A program made the position numbers and the translations under genes. A DNA stretch of 64,000 nt. Source: Dipteris shenzhenensis. Its lineage: Eukaryota. The DNA lies in the NCBI GenBank assembly GCA_047967505.1, contig CM106538.1; one strand, given 5' to 3'. Position 1 is the stretch's first letter, and every line of letters begins with the position of its first letter. Of the stretch, positions 1-13,288 are shown one piece after another. The notes below the pieces were generated by a model, which saw only the letters and a program-made list of their open reading frames with translations, did not search any database and was not told the origin of the DNA.

Positions 1-750
1 GTATGTATATGCATACGTGTGCACACACATATGTTCAGGTGTCATACATGTGTTTATATGTATATGTGAATACTTGAAGAAAGACACATATCATTAAAGA
101 AAAGAAGTATATATAATAAAAATAACAAGTTGAATGACAATCAATGGGGCTTGCCAAGGGGAAATGGCAAATCCCCATATCTAGACGTCCATTGACTGGA
201 AATGAAATCGTTAAGTCGAATAGAGAACTTACATATACATATGTTTCTACGAAGAAACATCCTCCACAATTAATATTTAAGCATGAGATCCACACAAAGT
301 CCAATTAAACAGAGCCATGAAACAAAAATCACCTACAGGATCAGCTTCCAAGTTGTCCTTGGAGCATGACGACGAAGAAGGAAGCCACGGTAGGGTACCA
401 TCAACCACCTTCAAGCAGTTCATAAGACTACCAGGGATGGAGGAAAGCTTCCCTCTCCTTGACTCACTGATAGAACATGGAGTTTGGTGGTCCTTTACGT
501 CATGTTCCAAGTCTACAAATATGGATTGCCCATTGAAGTAATGCCCCGAAAGAGTCTACTCGAAGTTGCGAGGAATTGATACGTTGTTGCTACGTGAGCA
601 TTCCAAACTCGTGACAAGGGAGGCGGTTGAAGGCCGAGGTTATTACCAAGAAGGCGAACAAGGATAGTTCGAGTGGAGGTGTGCTAGAGCAAATCCCGAG
701 TAAGAGAGGTCGTTTAATAAAGCTGGAAAAAATGGAGAGGGAAAAGGAAG

Positions 751-1400
751 GTGGCGATGGAGGGAGGGAGGAAAGTGCCGCGGTTTCTCACCTCCAGGAA
801 CCTTAAGTTGAGACAATCCATCGAACGACCTAAGGAAGTTCAGATTATGGTTACTTTTCCTTTGGACATAGTGCATATGATGGATGCAACAAAGGAGGGC
901 TTTAGATCGACACACATTATTGGTTTCAAGCCTGCTGGCAAAGGTCAGCAGCTCTGTGATTGGCTATACACTAGTATGGCAACATTGCGTGTGACCGCCA
1001 TTGCATTCAGGTTGTTAGGTAGATGCTATTTTTTACTCGGTTTTCAAACCAATTCTTGGATAGAGTTATAGATTTGTGGTCTTGGCAGAAATGTTTCCTC
1101 ACGTCTGCCCTAGCTCGAGACACATGCTCTTGTATCTACTACTAGATGAGATCAACTCATGCTGTAGGGTTATGGACCACATGTGTTCCTTCACCAGCTG
1201 TGAGATTATCCTATGGCTAGACACGTGCTACTACGGTTCGGCATTCTTCTGTATATACACTGCCACAGCCTCTATCCACTGTACTTTCCTATTCCATAGG
1301 AGATGGAGTTCCGGTCCAGAATAGAGTGACATATGAGGGTCTTCCTTATTAGTGTCTCTTATGCCATAGAAGAGGACACTTTATCAGGGATTGCCCGAGC
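751..1400 (+). mobile_element. Degenerate LINE ORF1 remnant (DUF4283-like region plus CCHC zinc knuckle)
   Basis: ORF 751-1071 has a DUF4283-like segment (LCDWL...FRLLGRCYFLLGF) resembling the ORF1 at 63005-63664. About 1352-1396 translates as CLLCHRRGHFIRDCP (CX2CX4HX4C). Confidence 0.55.
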
Positions 1401-2089
1401 AAACGACCTCACACTGGACATAACACTCCCTCCTTAGTACTCTAGCTCAACCCTCCAGAGGTGATGGGTTGAGCTCCAAGTCACACAAGCATGGGAGGCA
1501 TTCCAAAATATGAAGTTTGACTCTAGATGAGTTTTTGCAGCTAGCTCCTTGCTACTCAAAAATTTTTGCCAAGCAGCAAGACCTATGGATCCCAAAGGCA
1601 TGCTCTCAGATGCGATTATTACCAGTTGGGGGCTCGTACATCACCCAGTAAGCCTGATAGTTATTGCTATGGAATAAAATGTTTACCCATTGCTATTAGG
1701 AAATAGACTAGGGCTTAAGAGCTCAAAGTCCAAACAAACCAAGCAAAGTCCCAAGTAGCTAAAGGCTAAGCAACTACAGCCCAAGGTACTTAGAGGTCAA
1801 AGACCAACTACCGAGGGATGTTCAATCTAAACAAATGGAGATGCATATCTTGCCTGCAAATGAGATTGAAATCTTTCAGGTAGCTATAGAGATTAAACAA
1901 AATATATGAGAAGACAAGATTGAGGAGTAGAAACATTTGTACCCTAAGAATTTTTTAGAAGATGTCACAAGATGACGTGGTCTAGCCAAACCTAAGATGA
2001 CATCATTTGGTTTGATGCTCAGCTTGGGAACAGATGAGGAGTGATGCACAATGCAAGTAAGTAAAAAATGTGTCTATTGAGCAACTCCC

Positions 2090-2375
2090 TGCATAAAAAA
2101 TATTTTTTATGCAATATAAGATGTGTTTTGTTGGGTTTACACAAATTTGAAGGGTGTACCACTTGAGATTTGTCAACACTAGATTCCTTTAATACTTGAC
2201 ACCAAGCTACCCCATTAGTAGAGATATAGGATGGACCCAAACTATGCCAAGCAAGTTAAAGCTGAGCTCGATTGATTGATCAAATTCAAGTTTATCTAGC
2301 AATTGATTGAAGCGGTCGATTGTTTTTTATCATGGTGGTACCCAATGGGAAGCTTCCACTATGCGTCAACTATAT
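2090..2375 (+). mobile_element. Ty3/gypsy pol fragment (start of reverse transcriptase), degenerate
   Basis: Frame-broken translation LKGVPLEICQH*IPL...RYRMDPNYAKQVKAELD*LIKFKFI...MVVPNGKLPLCVNY follows the gypsy RT N-terminal pattern (RYRMNPNY..KVKEEIDKLL..GFI...VVVPKKNGKxRxCVDY). Confidence 0.75.
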
Positions 2376-2548
2376 GTGTGCATGTGCATGTGTGTAATAT
2401 TGACAAATCTAGCATGTTCCATACATCGTCATCAGTAAAACATAGCAATGTTATTAAATAGAGGAGATAAGTATGATACTCATGTTTAGAGAGTTTTATA
2501 AGATGAAGTATATGAATTGGCAATTTAATATAGCATACATTTTCCTAG

Positions 2549-3574
2549 TGTAAGCACAATTGGTTGGACTAAAAAGCAAGTGTCCATGGACTGAGTGCTT
2601 GTAAAAGCACCCTTCAATGTAAATTTTGTGGGGTCAACTGTTTTTAAGTTTTTAAGGCCAAGGCTAGAAATTGCATCCTGGTGCCTACGTCCCACGTCCA
2701 AGCCATGTCATAACTGCCTTGTCTCCCTCTCTAGTAGCAAGTTGTGCCTCTCCATTCTCCCTTGCTAGCACCCTCTATCTCTCCATCACCTAGAAGCTCT
2801 CTCGAGCACCAGATCCACCACAATGTGATACTAGAAACCAATTCCAAGTTGAAAGTGTTGGTGAAGAAGGCAAGCTGGTCAGTCTATCTTTGCTACCCCT
2901 GGGTCGCATGGTCAATGGGTTGACCAACCCATGAGTTCTGGCCATCTAGTGGCCCCTTCCTGGTACATGCCAAAAGCCCTTGTTTTGCTATAATTTTTGG
3001 TGCTCTCAATTGATGATGATGAACGCTGAGTTCATACAGCAAGTGTGTCACTATGCTGAGACAGGGCCACTCAGGCAATCATACAATAGCTAAAATGGGC
3101 CACTTGGGGAAGCAAAGAAATGGGTAGCAACAAGGCAGACAAATATTGCCAAAATGTTGGCAAGCTGTCAGCCACCTATTGGCTAGTTGTTGGTCACTTG
3201 CCAACCAACACTTGTCTTCTAAAGTCCTCATTGGCTATCTATTGGGTGATTCTGAATAATCCCTTGACCATGTCTACTCTGACTATTGAAAGAAATAATG
3301 AGGGTGACAGGTATTTTGATAAATTGCTTTGAAAGGAGAAACTCTCTTTAGTTAAGGATTGTTTTTTAAAAGAAAAATTTTCTTTAGTGAGATCGTTTTG
3401 GATGGAAAATTCTTTTAAGAGACTATTTTTAAAGGGAAATTCTTTCTATTGTTGTGTGGAATTATGGAAATTCGAGAGTTTGTTTTGGAGAGGGCTTTTT
3501 AAAAGTATAGGCACTACTTTGAAGTTCTCATCTTCTGGTGCTTCCTATAGCATTTGGTTCCCCCGCTGAAACTC
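2549..3574 (+). mobile_element. Possible ~1-kb gypsy-type LTR with a degenerate PBS
   Basis: Ends ...CTATAGCA at 3552, followed by TTTGGTTCCCCCGCTGAAACTC (PBS-like). The TG start at 2549 is a guess and no partner LTR is in the window. Confidence 0.3.
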
Positions 3575-3722
3575 ATAATTTACAGTAACCTTCTCCAGAT
3601 CCACATGCCCTGATTCAGCCACCAGCTGATTTTGTACCACCTCAGGGTGTGGATGAAGTTGTCAGGCAAGAGACACTTATGTTGATTTTAGGGTACTTTT
3701 TACAAACTACTTCAAGACTTTT

Positions 3723-3724
<2 letters not shown>

Positions 3725-3804
<80 letters not shown>
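3725..3804. repeat. Compound (CT)n(CA)n microsatellite
   Basis: Directly visible. A (TG)n tract follows at about 3968-4001. Confidence 0.95.
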
Positions 3805-3965
3805 TCTATTGAGATACTTTTTTTCAAATAAAAAGACCCCATTTGCATCTAATATTTGCTCCAATTTGCGACACTCTTAGAGACCCATTGAGAGAGATGA
3901 TAAATTACAAAGATGCCTAAATTTTAATAAATTACTACTTATTTTATTTGAGAGAGAATGGGTTA

Positions 3966-4005
<40 letters not shown>

Positions 4006-4539
4006 TAAAAAGTCCCATACATAATTAAGCCATACAGTTGATTCCATCAATTGGATAAAAAGTAAAATAAGGAAAAAATGTTTGAAACATCTAAGTTGAA
4101 AAATGCAACAACTAGAGTTTGCAAAAACTTTGACCAAAATTAAGAACTTTCAATAATATTGAGTTTGGAAAACACAATATTAAAAAAAGATGTTGAATTC
4201 TCAGGCAGTCCAGGTTCTGAGGTCAGGGTTCACTTACCTGGCACCATCCAAACAAACTAGGTGTTAGAACATCATAGTTACGTTTGGGTTGACAAGTAAT
4301 GCCTTTTTCCCCTAGCTTGTTATCACTTTACCTAGGAATATAGACAACCTTATGGATTCTTAGATATGGTTTGCTGCATTTTTGAGTTGTCTGGCAGATA
4401 TGGAAAAAAAATTCATTCAAATGGTGGGACGTATTGTCATAATGGCATGCGCAATAGCAAGATGAAAAAAGATAATAAGGGTATGAATTATACTCAGATA
4501 TTTTGGGACTTATATATGCTTAATTTTAATCACAACCCT

Positions 4540-4900
4540 AATGTAAAATAACTAAATTTTGATTGACACTATAGACAATGGAAACCAAGACACAGATAGT
4601 GATTGTCTTAAAGATGATGCAAAAAACTTGGACACCATTGCATTAAAAGTTGTGTAAATTATGAATGATGACATGGATGCTTTGGTATAAGATATTTTGG
4701 GATGGTTGATAGTCACAATACTCAGAAGGATAGTGATGGTACCCAAGAGTATAGCTGCAACAAGCTGGTAGAGATTGCTAAAATAATTTTTGTTATTTCA
4801 AGTATTGGATGTAAAGATGAAGACATGCTAAATGACATTATCCTCAGTAGCTTTCTTTGAGATGGCTCAAAGCAACAAAATTTTGATCTCCTAAAGAACC
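4540..4900 (+). mobile_element. Possible hAT-like transposase C-terminal remnant
   Basis: NKLVEIAKIIFVISSIGCKDE weakly resembles the KLAEIA.V...SVEDER motif of the hAT dimerisation region. Heavily decayed. Confidence 0.3.
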
Positions 4901-5457
4901 CAATGGATTTTATACATGAGCCTAGAAATTTTTGAACCCCAAGCATAGGACATGATCCTCAAAGTAGTGGGAGCATTGCCACTATTCTTCTTTTCGACTG
5001 AAATGTTGTGGGAACATTGTATTTAAGACACTATTCTTCTTTTTGACCAAAATGCTCTTTGAGCTAATTTGAACAATCCATTTTTATCTACACACCCCTC
5101 TTATTGTTTTTTGTTACTTTTCATGTATTTAGACTTGTTGATTTTTCATGAGTTTATCTACACTCTTTTAAATTTATTTTTTGTTAGTTTGTCATGTATT
5201 TAGCTTTGCATTTATATCCTTCCTTATATATGATACTAAAAATGTCCCCCCTTGAAAGAAGTTGATTGTTTTTTATATGAACGGCACATTTCTAAAGAGT
5301 TGGTGGAAGAATGCTCCCTCAGCAACCCAAGGGGGTGACGTTCACGAGGTGGGAAAGCACATTATGTCCTTGTGACCTGACTTAATGAATATTTTAGCAG
5401 CTTTGTGGACCCTCTTTGAGGTCACTAATTGGAGTAGCATGACCAAGAGGAATGTAG

Positions 5458-5793
5458 TGTTGAGATATGGTGCCATGAGCACATATTAGAGGCTAAGGTA
5501 TGGTAAGGAATGTATTAAAGTAGCCACCCTAGGATGTGGACTACATGATGTGGAGATGTGGATCAAGGATATCCACAAGGAGAAATGTGGGATGAGAGGA
5601 TCCCACATGTGTTGACTATTCTAAAGGCTCTCTCTATATAAGAAGCCTATCTTTGTATTGTTAAAAACACACATTGCAATAGATTGAGTGTTTGCTTCCC
5701 TATGTCTCTCTTGTTGTGCTTTGATCCTCCTTGATCCCATATTTTGTCATGTAGAGTCTACTTTGAAGCTTCTCCATAAGGGCCATTTCATCA
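5458..5793 (+). mobile_element. Solo-LTR-like sequence sharing U3 with the LTR at 44230-44607
   Basis: 5458-5651 (TGTTGAGATATGGTGCCATG...CTCTCTATATAAGAAGCCTATC) is the reverse complement of about 44413-44607. The CA end at 5793 is tentative and there is no clean TSD. Confidence 0.7.
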
Positions 5794-6049
5794 ATGTTCT
5801 AGCACATGATTGTGGTGGGCATACATTTTACTTGTTCTTTCAAGTCTTCTCTAGAGACAATGGTGAAATGGATGATGCTGAAAATATTATTATATTTATG
5901 ATGTCAGGTCCAGAGTCTACAAACTGTCAGGATGTCCAACAAAGAATCTTGGAGCTTCCAGATGGCGTGTTAAAAGAATTGCTTACACGAAACCATTTTC
6001 TTTATAATTGTATTGAAATGGTGCATTGAAATGGTTATTTTTTTTGTTA

Positions 6050-6365
6050 AATGTAGAGCCAGTGGCAGGGAAGGTGGACTCAAGGAATGTGGATGTAGGG
6101 CTTTCTTATGTAGGGAACGTGGATTCATGGAAGGTGGATGCAAGGAAGGGTTTAGGGTAGTTGGATGGAAGGCAGGAGGATGCAAGGAAGGTGGATGTAG
6201 GGCAAGTGTATGCAGGCATGGGGGATGTAGGGCAAGTGGATGTAGGGACGGTGTATGTAGAGATTGTGGATGTAGAGCCAATGGATGTAGGGAAGGTGGA
6301 TGAATGGAAGGTGGATGAAAGCTAGGTGGATGTACGGAGGTGGATATAGGGTAGGAGGATGCAAA
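6050..6365. repeat. Degenerate 15-bp tandem minisatellite (consensus about GTGGATGTAGGGCAA)
   Basis: About 20 units visible. It reads as VDVGQ/VDARK pentapeptides on +, and generates the spurious HPPSL/YIHLP/GGCRA ORFs. Confidence 0.9.
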
Positions 6366-6567
6366 GAAATTGTAGATTGTTTTGTCACACAATGTCTTCT
6401 CATCATTAGCCTTCGAGATTCCCTTGTAGCGTTCATCACCCTATGAGAAGACCTTATCATTGGGCTACAACATCCCCTCATTACCACTCCATAAAGAGTC
6501 CTCATCATCATCCCCTAAATTGTTGCTAATGGAGCCAATCACGAGGTGGCCCTCAAATCATTCCACC

Positions 6568-7140
6568 AAATGTCTTGTATTTGACATGACAAGACTTCTC
6601 CTACGTACCTATATAAAGTTCCAAAATTAGTTCTATCATGGACATCATACTGGGTATGGGTTGTCAACGGTCTAAAGATGTCATTCATGTGGTTAGGCCA
6701 AATGCACTACCTTTTGTAGAGTGGTGCCTGCTGCAAAATTTTAGGGCTGTATTGTGGAGTGCAGTTCGATTACAAAAGATATAGAGGACCTTGTACTGGT
6801 ACTTTCTAGGGAAGGTGATGGACAAGTGCTGTCTATTGATGGAGTGACTGTGAGATTGCTAAGCTCAATAGCCCATTGATCCCCAATCATCCAATGTACT
6901 TTAAGAAACTTCAAGTGGTTTGGCATTCACAACCCTTATTCAATGACATGAACATGCTTATTGTTGATCACGCAACGTACAAGCTAGCTACAAATGACTG
7001 ACACTATACCTTCACTCTTCCACCATTCAACCCTCATGATACACGACATGACATATGTTACCTGATGAAGGCATTGCAAGCATGGCTACATGAGTGGGAT
7101 TCCAACCTAGACCTATGACAATATGGTTGAAAACATCAGC
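6568..7140 (+). pseudogene. Decayed FCP1-homology / NLI-interacting-factor (HAD-like phosphatase fold) gene
   Basis: Motifs occur in the correct order across frameshifts: KCLVFDMTRLLL (cf. KLLxLDLNGLL), VVRPNALPFVEWCLLQNFRAVLWSA (cf. RP..xEFL.FC...F.V.VWSS), PMYFKKLQVVW...NMLIVDHATYKLATN (cf. LKEL..LW...NTLLIDDSPYK...N). Stops and frameshifts are present. Confidence 0.7.
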
Positions 7141-7469
7141 ACGTTAACTATGATGATGATGAATCGGGTAAAGTATTGGAAAAATAAGTAAAGATGATGA
7201 TAAAAAGAAATGGTAGGAGTGGATAGCAAGTTAGGTTCTAGCAATTCTAATGATCTTGGATCAACAATTATATGTAAAGAATCAATTTCCTTTATTCATG
7301 TTGTTGCTTGTGCCATGTCTCTCACTCCACCCGTCCCACCCACTCTCCCCCCCCCCCAATCTATATTCGGCAATAGCTAGTACAATGATGAGTGCAAGTC
7401 TTTGCTACCAACTCAGATACGAGACCAAGTATAACCTTTTGAGGCCAAGTATAATCTTTGAAGCCAACT

Positions 7470-8610
7470 AGAGACGCGATGCATGAGTACTGTCGATTGG
7501 TACGTCAGAAGAAGCGAGCTTTAGTCCATCAAAATGAGGAGGAGTTAATAAACATTTTTATTAGAAATAGCTCCAAGGACTTTTGGCAAAATTCCTTGAG
7601 CATTGAACCTCCCATCACCCCTCATTGACACCCATATCTGGCACACCTATGCATGCACCTTGTATGACGTTCCCTAGCAATCCATCCCTGACCTCTCGCA
7701 GTGACCTCACCCTACCTCCTGCACTCTTTTCACCAAGGTTGGTGTCAAGGATAAAGTATTGAAGCTCCATAATGGCCGAGAAAAGTTCATGAGGAACTAT
7801 GCACTGAGTTTATTGCATATAGGATAACACCCTAGCCTCAATCTTAGCAAAGCTCTTCAATGATGCAGTCTGTCTTGGCTTTCCAAACACTTGGGCTCTT
7901 AACACCATCACACCCATTCATAAGGCAAGGAACGCCATGAGCCCAGAGAACCATAGAGCCATCATGATTAGATATGTCATGTGTAAGATATATGCATTAT
8001 TACTTGACACAAAGGTTAGCTGATTCATAGATATGCAGGGACTTAGGGAAGAGGAGCACGCCAATTTTTGATGTGACCATGGTACCATGGAACACATACT
8101 CACACTTAGGAATGTCATCAAGGAGGCCAAGGCATAGAGAGAGAGGGTGTATTATTTCTTTGTGGATTTCCACAAAGCCTTTGACACAATACCAATGACC
8201 CACCTTATTAGACAACAACGGGAGCTGAGTATTGAGACTGGGAGATCATATGGATTGTTATTGCACTTTACAAGAGGATTTCAGGTAGAGTTCGAACAAG
8301 GGCTGGATGGACATAAGAGATCATGAGCACTGTTGGGGTCAAACAAGGGTACCCACTATCACCAACCTTGTTTGGCCTCCACATAGACAAGTTAGTTACA
8401 TTTATGTAGACACCAGGGGGAGTGGATCCTCTCTAGCTAGTTGCTTGATCCAAATCTTGTTATATGTAGATGATGTGGTGCTATTATCTTGGAGATGATG
8501 TGGTGCTATTATCTTCTTCTGTAGAGGGCCTTTAGAGACACCTAGATGCATTACATGCGTTTTGTTAGTTGCATCTTTTAAGGGTCAACCTTGATAAGCC
8601 CAAGGTCATG
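7470..8610 (+). mobile_element. Non-LTR retrotransposon RT fragment (RTE/CR1-like LINE), degenerate
   Basis: LAKLFN...FPNTWALNTITPIHKA...ENHRAIMI, FVDFHKAFDTIP, GVKQGYPLSPTLFGLHID, LLYVDDVVLLS, VNLDKPKVM. A short tandem duplication covers the DDVVLLS region near 8468-8515. Confidence 0.9.
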
Positions 8611-9488
8611 AAAAGGGTGGCTCCTCATTCTGATAGCAAGAAAGGCACTCCAATTAGATTCGTGATGGAGAATGGTGATGTGATTGATGAGGTGAGAGGT
8701 TCTTGGGCTGGGTTTGTTGTATTATGCAAAGTGATGTTAGATGCAAAATGAGCAATGGCATGCAATCTTTAGAGAACAAAGATTTGGCTAGAAACTTCTT
8801 CCCTCCTTCTTCCCAATTCTTGGGAACTCAAAGTCTTTGGTTTGTAAAGGAAAAAAGAATGACACTCAGGTAGTCCCTGCAAAGATGCATGCATGGTAGG
8901 GAAACTCCAAACAGATGGACTTCGTGTAAGGCTTGCCTTTATAGAAGAGAAAGCTATGTAGGGGGCCTCCAGGGAAGTAGGTATCTCTTCCCAAAGAGCA
9001 AAGCCAATGATACTAAATGAGTACTAAATCATTAATATACCTGATCATGAAAAGGATGGCTCCTTGTTCTGATGGTAGTAAAGGCACTTGAGGTGTAATA
9101 TCTTGATGGAGAAAGGTGATGTGATTGGTGGGGTTATAGGTTGTCCTTCTCAAGCTAGATTTGTTGCTATTATAAGTGACGTGTGGCACAAAATGAATAG
9201 TGCCACAGTGGCATGGAACCTTAAGTTCTCAGAGTAGACTTCAAACACATGCATTGGGCTGGCCAATTTAGAGTCCTCCCACGTGAGCTTATCCATCCTG
9301 TTGAAAGAGCTGAAGGTGTTGAAAGAGAGTCAAACTTCTTCCCTCTAGAACTTAGAGTCTTTGTAATGGCACCCAGACAGTTATTGGAAAGATATGCATA
9401 TCGTAGGGAAACTCCAAACCGATGGACTCCATGCAAGGCATGCCTTTGTATAGCAAAGAAGAGAATGTCATGCAAAAGTCCTCAGCAA
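8605..9488. repeat. Dispersed repeat with an internal ~440-bp duplication; inverted copy at 48128-49030
   Basis: Units start at about 8605 and 9044 (TCATGAAAAGG(G/A)TGGCTCC). Both end in GTAGGGAAACTCCAAAC(A/C)GATGGACT. The whole block matches the reverse complement of 48128-49030. Confidence 0.85.
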
Positions 9489-11313
9489 AGTCTACTATTA
9501 GACTTCATCTTGCAGAGTCAGTTTATTTCACAGTAGTAAATGAGCAAACTATGAAAGATTTGTGGAAGAAATTATGTGCCACTTATGAGAAGGAAATTCT
9601 TTAATAAAGTTTACCTCATGAAGAGGTTGTTTGAGCTGTAGATGAAGGAAGGGGTCTCCATTGCTTCTCACTTGAATGAATTCAATATTATTTTCAACCA
9701 GCTTCAGGCTCAAAGAATGAATTTTGATGTGCAAACTAAGGCAATATGTCTCTTGTGTTCATTGCCATCCTCATGGGATACCTTCTGTATAGTTGTTTAG
9801 TAACTCTGCACCTAGTGGAGTACTGAAGTTTGATGATGTTGTGGTAGCTTGTTGACCTAGGAGATTAGACGAAAGTCTATGGATGGTAACAAGCAAGATG
9901 CAGCCTTAAATGTGCAAAGGGGCAGATCATAATTTAGGGGGAAGTCCCAAGAAAGAGGAAAGTCTCATTAGCAAATCCAGGGCATGGAACATTGAGTGTT
10001 AGCACATTGTGGCAAGAAGGTTCACATGAAAAAGGATTGCTACAAGCTGAAAAGAGAGCAAAAGGATTAGAAAAAGAATGCAAATTGGGGTGCGAATAAG
10101 AAGAAAGAGAGTCCAAGGCTTGACAAAGGAAAAATGAAGATCGAGGAGATTAATGCAGTCATTGATGATAGTGACAATTACATTCTCTTCATGTCTAGTC
10201 TACCTGCAGACTTGCTTACCACTTCAGATGATGCATATTCCCAGGATTAGATTTTGGATTCTGGTGCTTCATTCCATGTTACTCCCCATAGGGAATGGTT
10301 CTCCACTTATGACAGTGGAAAGATAGGTTGTGTGCATCTTGGAAATAACTATGCATGTGACATAGCGAGAGTAGGTGACATAAAGTTTTCTTTTGCAAAT
10401 GGGTCTGCATTTGTTTTGAAAAATGTGAGACATGTGCCTAAGCTAACCAAGAGTCTTATTTCAGCAGGGGTCAGCTAGATGATGCTGGTTTTCAGACCAC
10501 GTTTGTCTTTCAAATTCAAAAGGGCTCTATGGTTTTGGCCAAGGGTGCCAAATGTGGGACTTTGTATCCCTTACATGTATCAGGGGTCTCTAATCATGTT
10601 GTTGCAATAACCAAGCAGCCAAGTACTTCTTTGTGGCATTGCAGGTTGGGGCACATGAGCGAGAATGGAATGAAACTCTTATCCCATTTTGGTTATGTAC
10701 CGCATTTGAGTTTTTTTGACTTTGAATTTTGTGAGCATTGTCTCTATGGGAAGCATACTAAATCAGCCCATAAAAGACGAGGAAAGAAAGATCTTGAAAA
10801 GCTTGATTTGGTGCATTTAGACATATGCGGTCCCATGCCTACAAGGTCATTAGGTGGGGTTGAATACTATGTGACATTCATTGATGATGCAACTAGGAAA
10901 GTATGGGCTTATGCTATAGCTCGGAATAGCGATGTGTTCTAGGTATTTAAAAAATGGTTGGCTTTGGCTGAAAATCAGTCAGGTAGAACACTTAAATACC
11001 TACGGACTGATAATGGTGGAAAGTATATCTCTCATGACTTTTAGCATTTTTGTAATACACGTGGGATCAAGAGGGAGCTCACGTCCCTTGTACTCCAGAG
11101 CAGAATCCAATTGTAGAACAGATGAACCATACCATTCAAGAAAGGTTGCAATGTATGCTTTCCAATGCAAGTCTTTCTAGTGGTTTTTGGGCTGAGATAA
11201 TGAAGATTGCAGTGCATGTGATCAAAAGATCACCTAGCAAGAGTTTGTATGGTGGTATTCTTGAAGAGGCATGGGGCAGCAAGAAGCCCTCTTACTCTCA
11301 TTTACGTATATTT
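9484..11313 (+). mobile_element. Truncated, decayed gag-PR-INT copy of the adjacent copia family (inverted orientation)
   Basis: AKSTIRLHL...DSGASFHVTPHREWF...LWHCRLGHMSE...KKPSYSHLRIF is colinear with 17398 to 15556 on -. Many stops and frameshifts, no LTRs. Confidence 0.95.
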
Positions 11314-13288
11314 TGAAAATATACTACTTTTCATTCAATTAGATATGAGTATTTATTCGTTTAATAAATCCAAATGGTGCCAAATATACCATTTCATGCA
11401 TCAGAGAAATTATTAGGTATGAAGTTGTGTGTGGGATATTGTAGGTGAAATCTTGTAGATGAAATATGTGTGTCAGTATTCGGAAGTTATAATGACTAAA
11501 TCACATTTCAAAATAATCAAACCTGATCACATGTAATTACTTGTCTTTCTTCTTTACATAGAATGGAGTTAGCAACTTGGAGAATGGAAGCCTCTATATA
11601 CATTGATAATGCATGCTTTGATGGAATATCCCAAGTAACATTTTGGTGTCAATGCTTTGGAAGTGCTCCTCTTGGATATTGCTTATATTTAGATGCCCAT
11701 ATTGAGTTTTTATTTTGTTTAATAACTTTGAATGATGCAAAATATAAGAAGGAATATTATAATTTAATATTCATAACAAACTTTATTATATAGTTTTGTC
11801 AATTATATAACTTCTTTCAAATTAACCCAAAATTTTTCTTAAAATTCAATAAGACCAAATCTTTACATCTAGTAAATACAATGCATTATTTTTAAATATA
11901 AATTATGTGGCAATCAAGCATACAAAATTTTTGTGAGAAGATAGGAAATTGTGGAAGAAAGTATTCTTATCAAAAGGAGTGGAAAGTTTTTGAAGGTTTA
12001 AAGATAGCATATCCATCAAGGCCCAATCAATGGATATCATATCATAATGTTTAGCCAAAAGCCATTGTATGCATCATAACTAAATAGTTACGAAAAGCAT
12101 TTGAGCATTCTAAAGAACCAACACATGTAGATCAATTGTACCATAAGCATAGAACATGTGTGTGCATGCTAATGTTATTATGAATTGAGGTATAAGGAGA
12201 TAATTAGGGGCATACATATGTTGTTTGCTTCAGGGTTATGTTATGTATATTAATATTCATAATTCTTGTATAAGGATAACACGTGCTTGTAATGACAAAA
12301 TGTCTCTAAAAGTTTAAGAGTGACATTTGTTCTTATTGGTTTTCAATGTAGACGCTAAAAAAGTAACTAGAAAAGGACATAAAGTTGGCAATTTTTTATG
12401 TAATAGATCACTCTTGGAGTATAATATGTGTATATTTTGTGAATACCCATGCATGCAAAAGTGAAACGAATGCACATGGGATTAACATAAACTATGAATT
12501 GAATTTATAGATCAATCTTAAAGAGCATAATATGTAGACATTTGTTGAATACCCATTGTGAGGTTGTAGAACACTGCACTATTATTTTGCTTCCATGTTT
12601 TGTGTTCACAATTTTGTATGTCATCAAAATATTGACATTGACCTTTTTTGAAGTAAAATATGTATGGGAAGATGATTTATTTTGGGAAATATTTGTATGA
12701 GAGAGTCATAGGTTTTTAGCAAGCTACAACTTTGATACTTTGTAATTTACAAGATTCAACCATTTGGATGGGAGAATAATGGCCTGAAGATCAAGAAAAG
12801 GCACTTTGGACTTTTTTTTTGGCTTGAATTTACGTGCTCAATTCTAAAATGCAGATTTGAGGCATAAGATGACAGATTTTGACCAAAAATGATGATGAGT
12901 GTGGAATCAAAAGATGCTTAAAAGTTGTACTATTGATGTTTTCCAGATTCCACACCGTTTGGGAGATACAGGCCTCCAAATAGGGTTCTTTCTTTCCCTT
13001 GTTAAATCACAACAATGGCACTATTTTTTGGCCTATTGAGATAGAGTTGAGGGCCTTTTTTTTTCTGATTTTGAATTCTCAATCTTGTTTTTTTTTAGAA
13101 TACCACATAAGATTTTTCCCTTTGCCTTTGATTCCCTAAACGTTTTTGTCCATCAATGCTCAATGTCCTTGAAATCCATTCAAGATTCCTCCCACATGTT
13201 TGGAAATATTGAATGATTTTCATCCAACAACTTGCAGAGAGAAGGTGGCTAAGAATCTCTAGAAATTGTCCCTCATGTACCATGTAGC

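Noticed and set aside
5970-6511. His/Pro-rich and Cys/Gly-rich ORFs (HPPSL, YIHLP, GGCRA repeats) as extensin- or metallothionein-like genes
   Set aside because: They are alternative frames of one 15-bp minisatellite, with no signal peptide or gene structure.
11314-13288. Possible DNA-transposon remnant hosting the copia insertion
   Set aside because: AT-rich with terminal-like sequence, but no diagnostic motif or paired TIR that I could verify.
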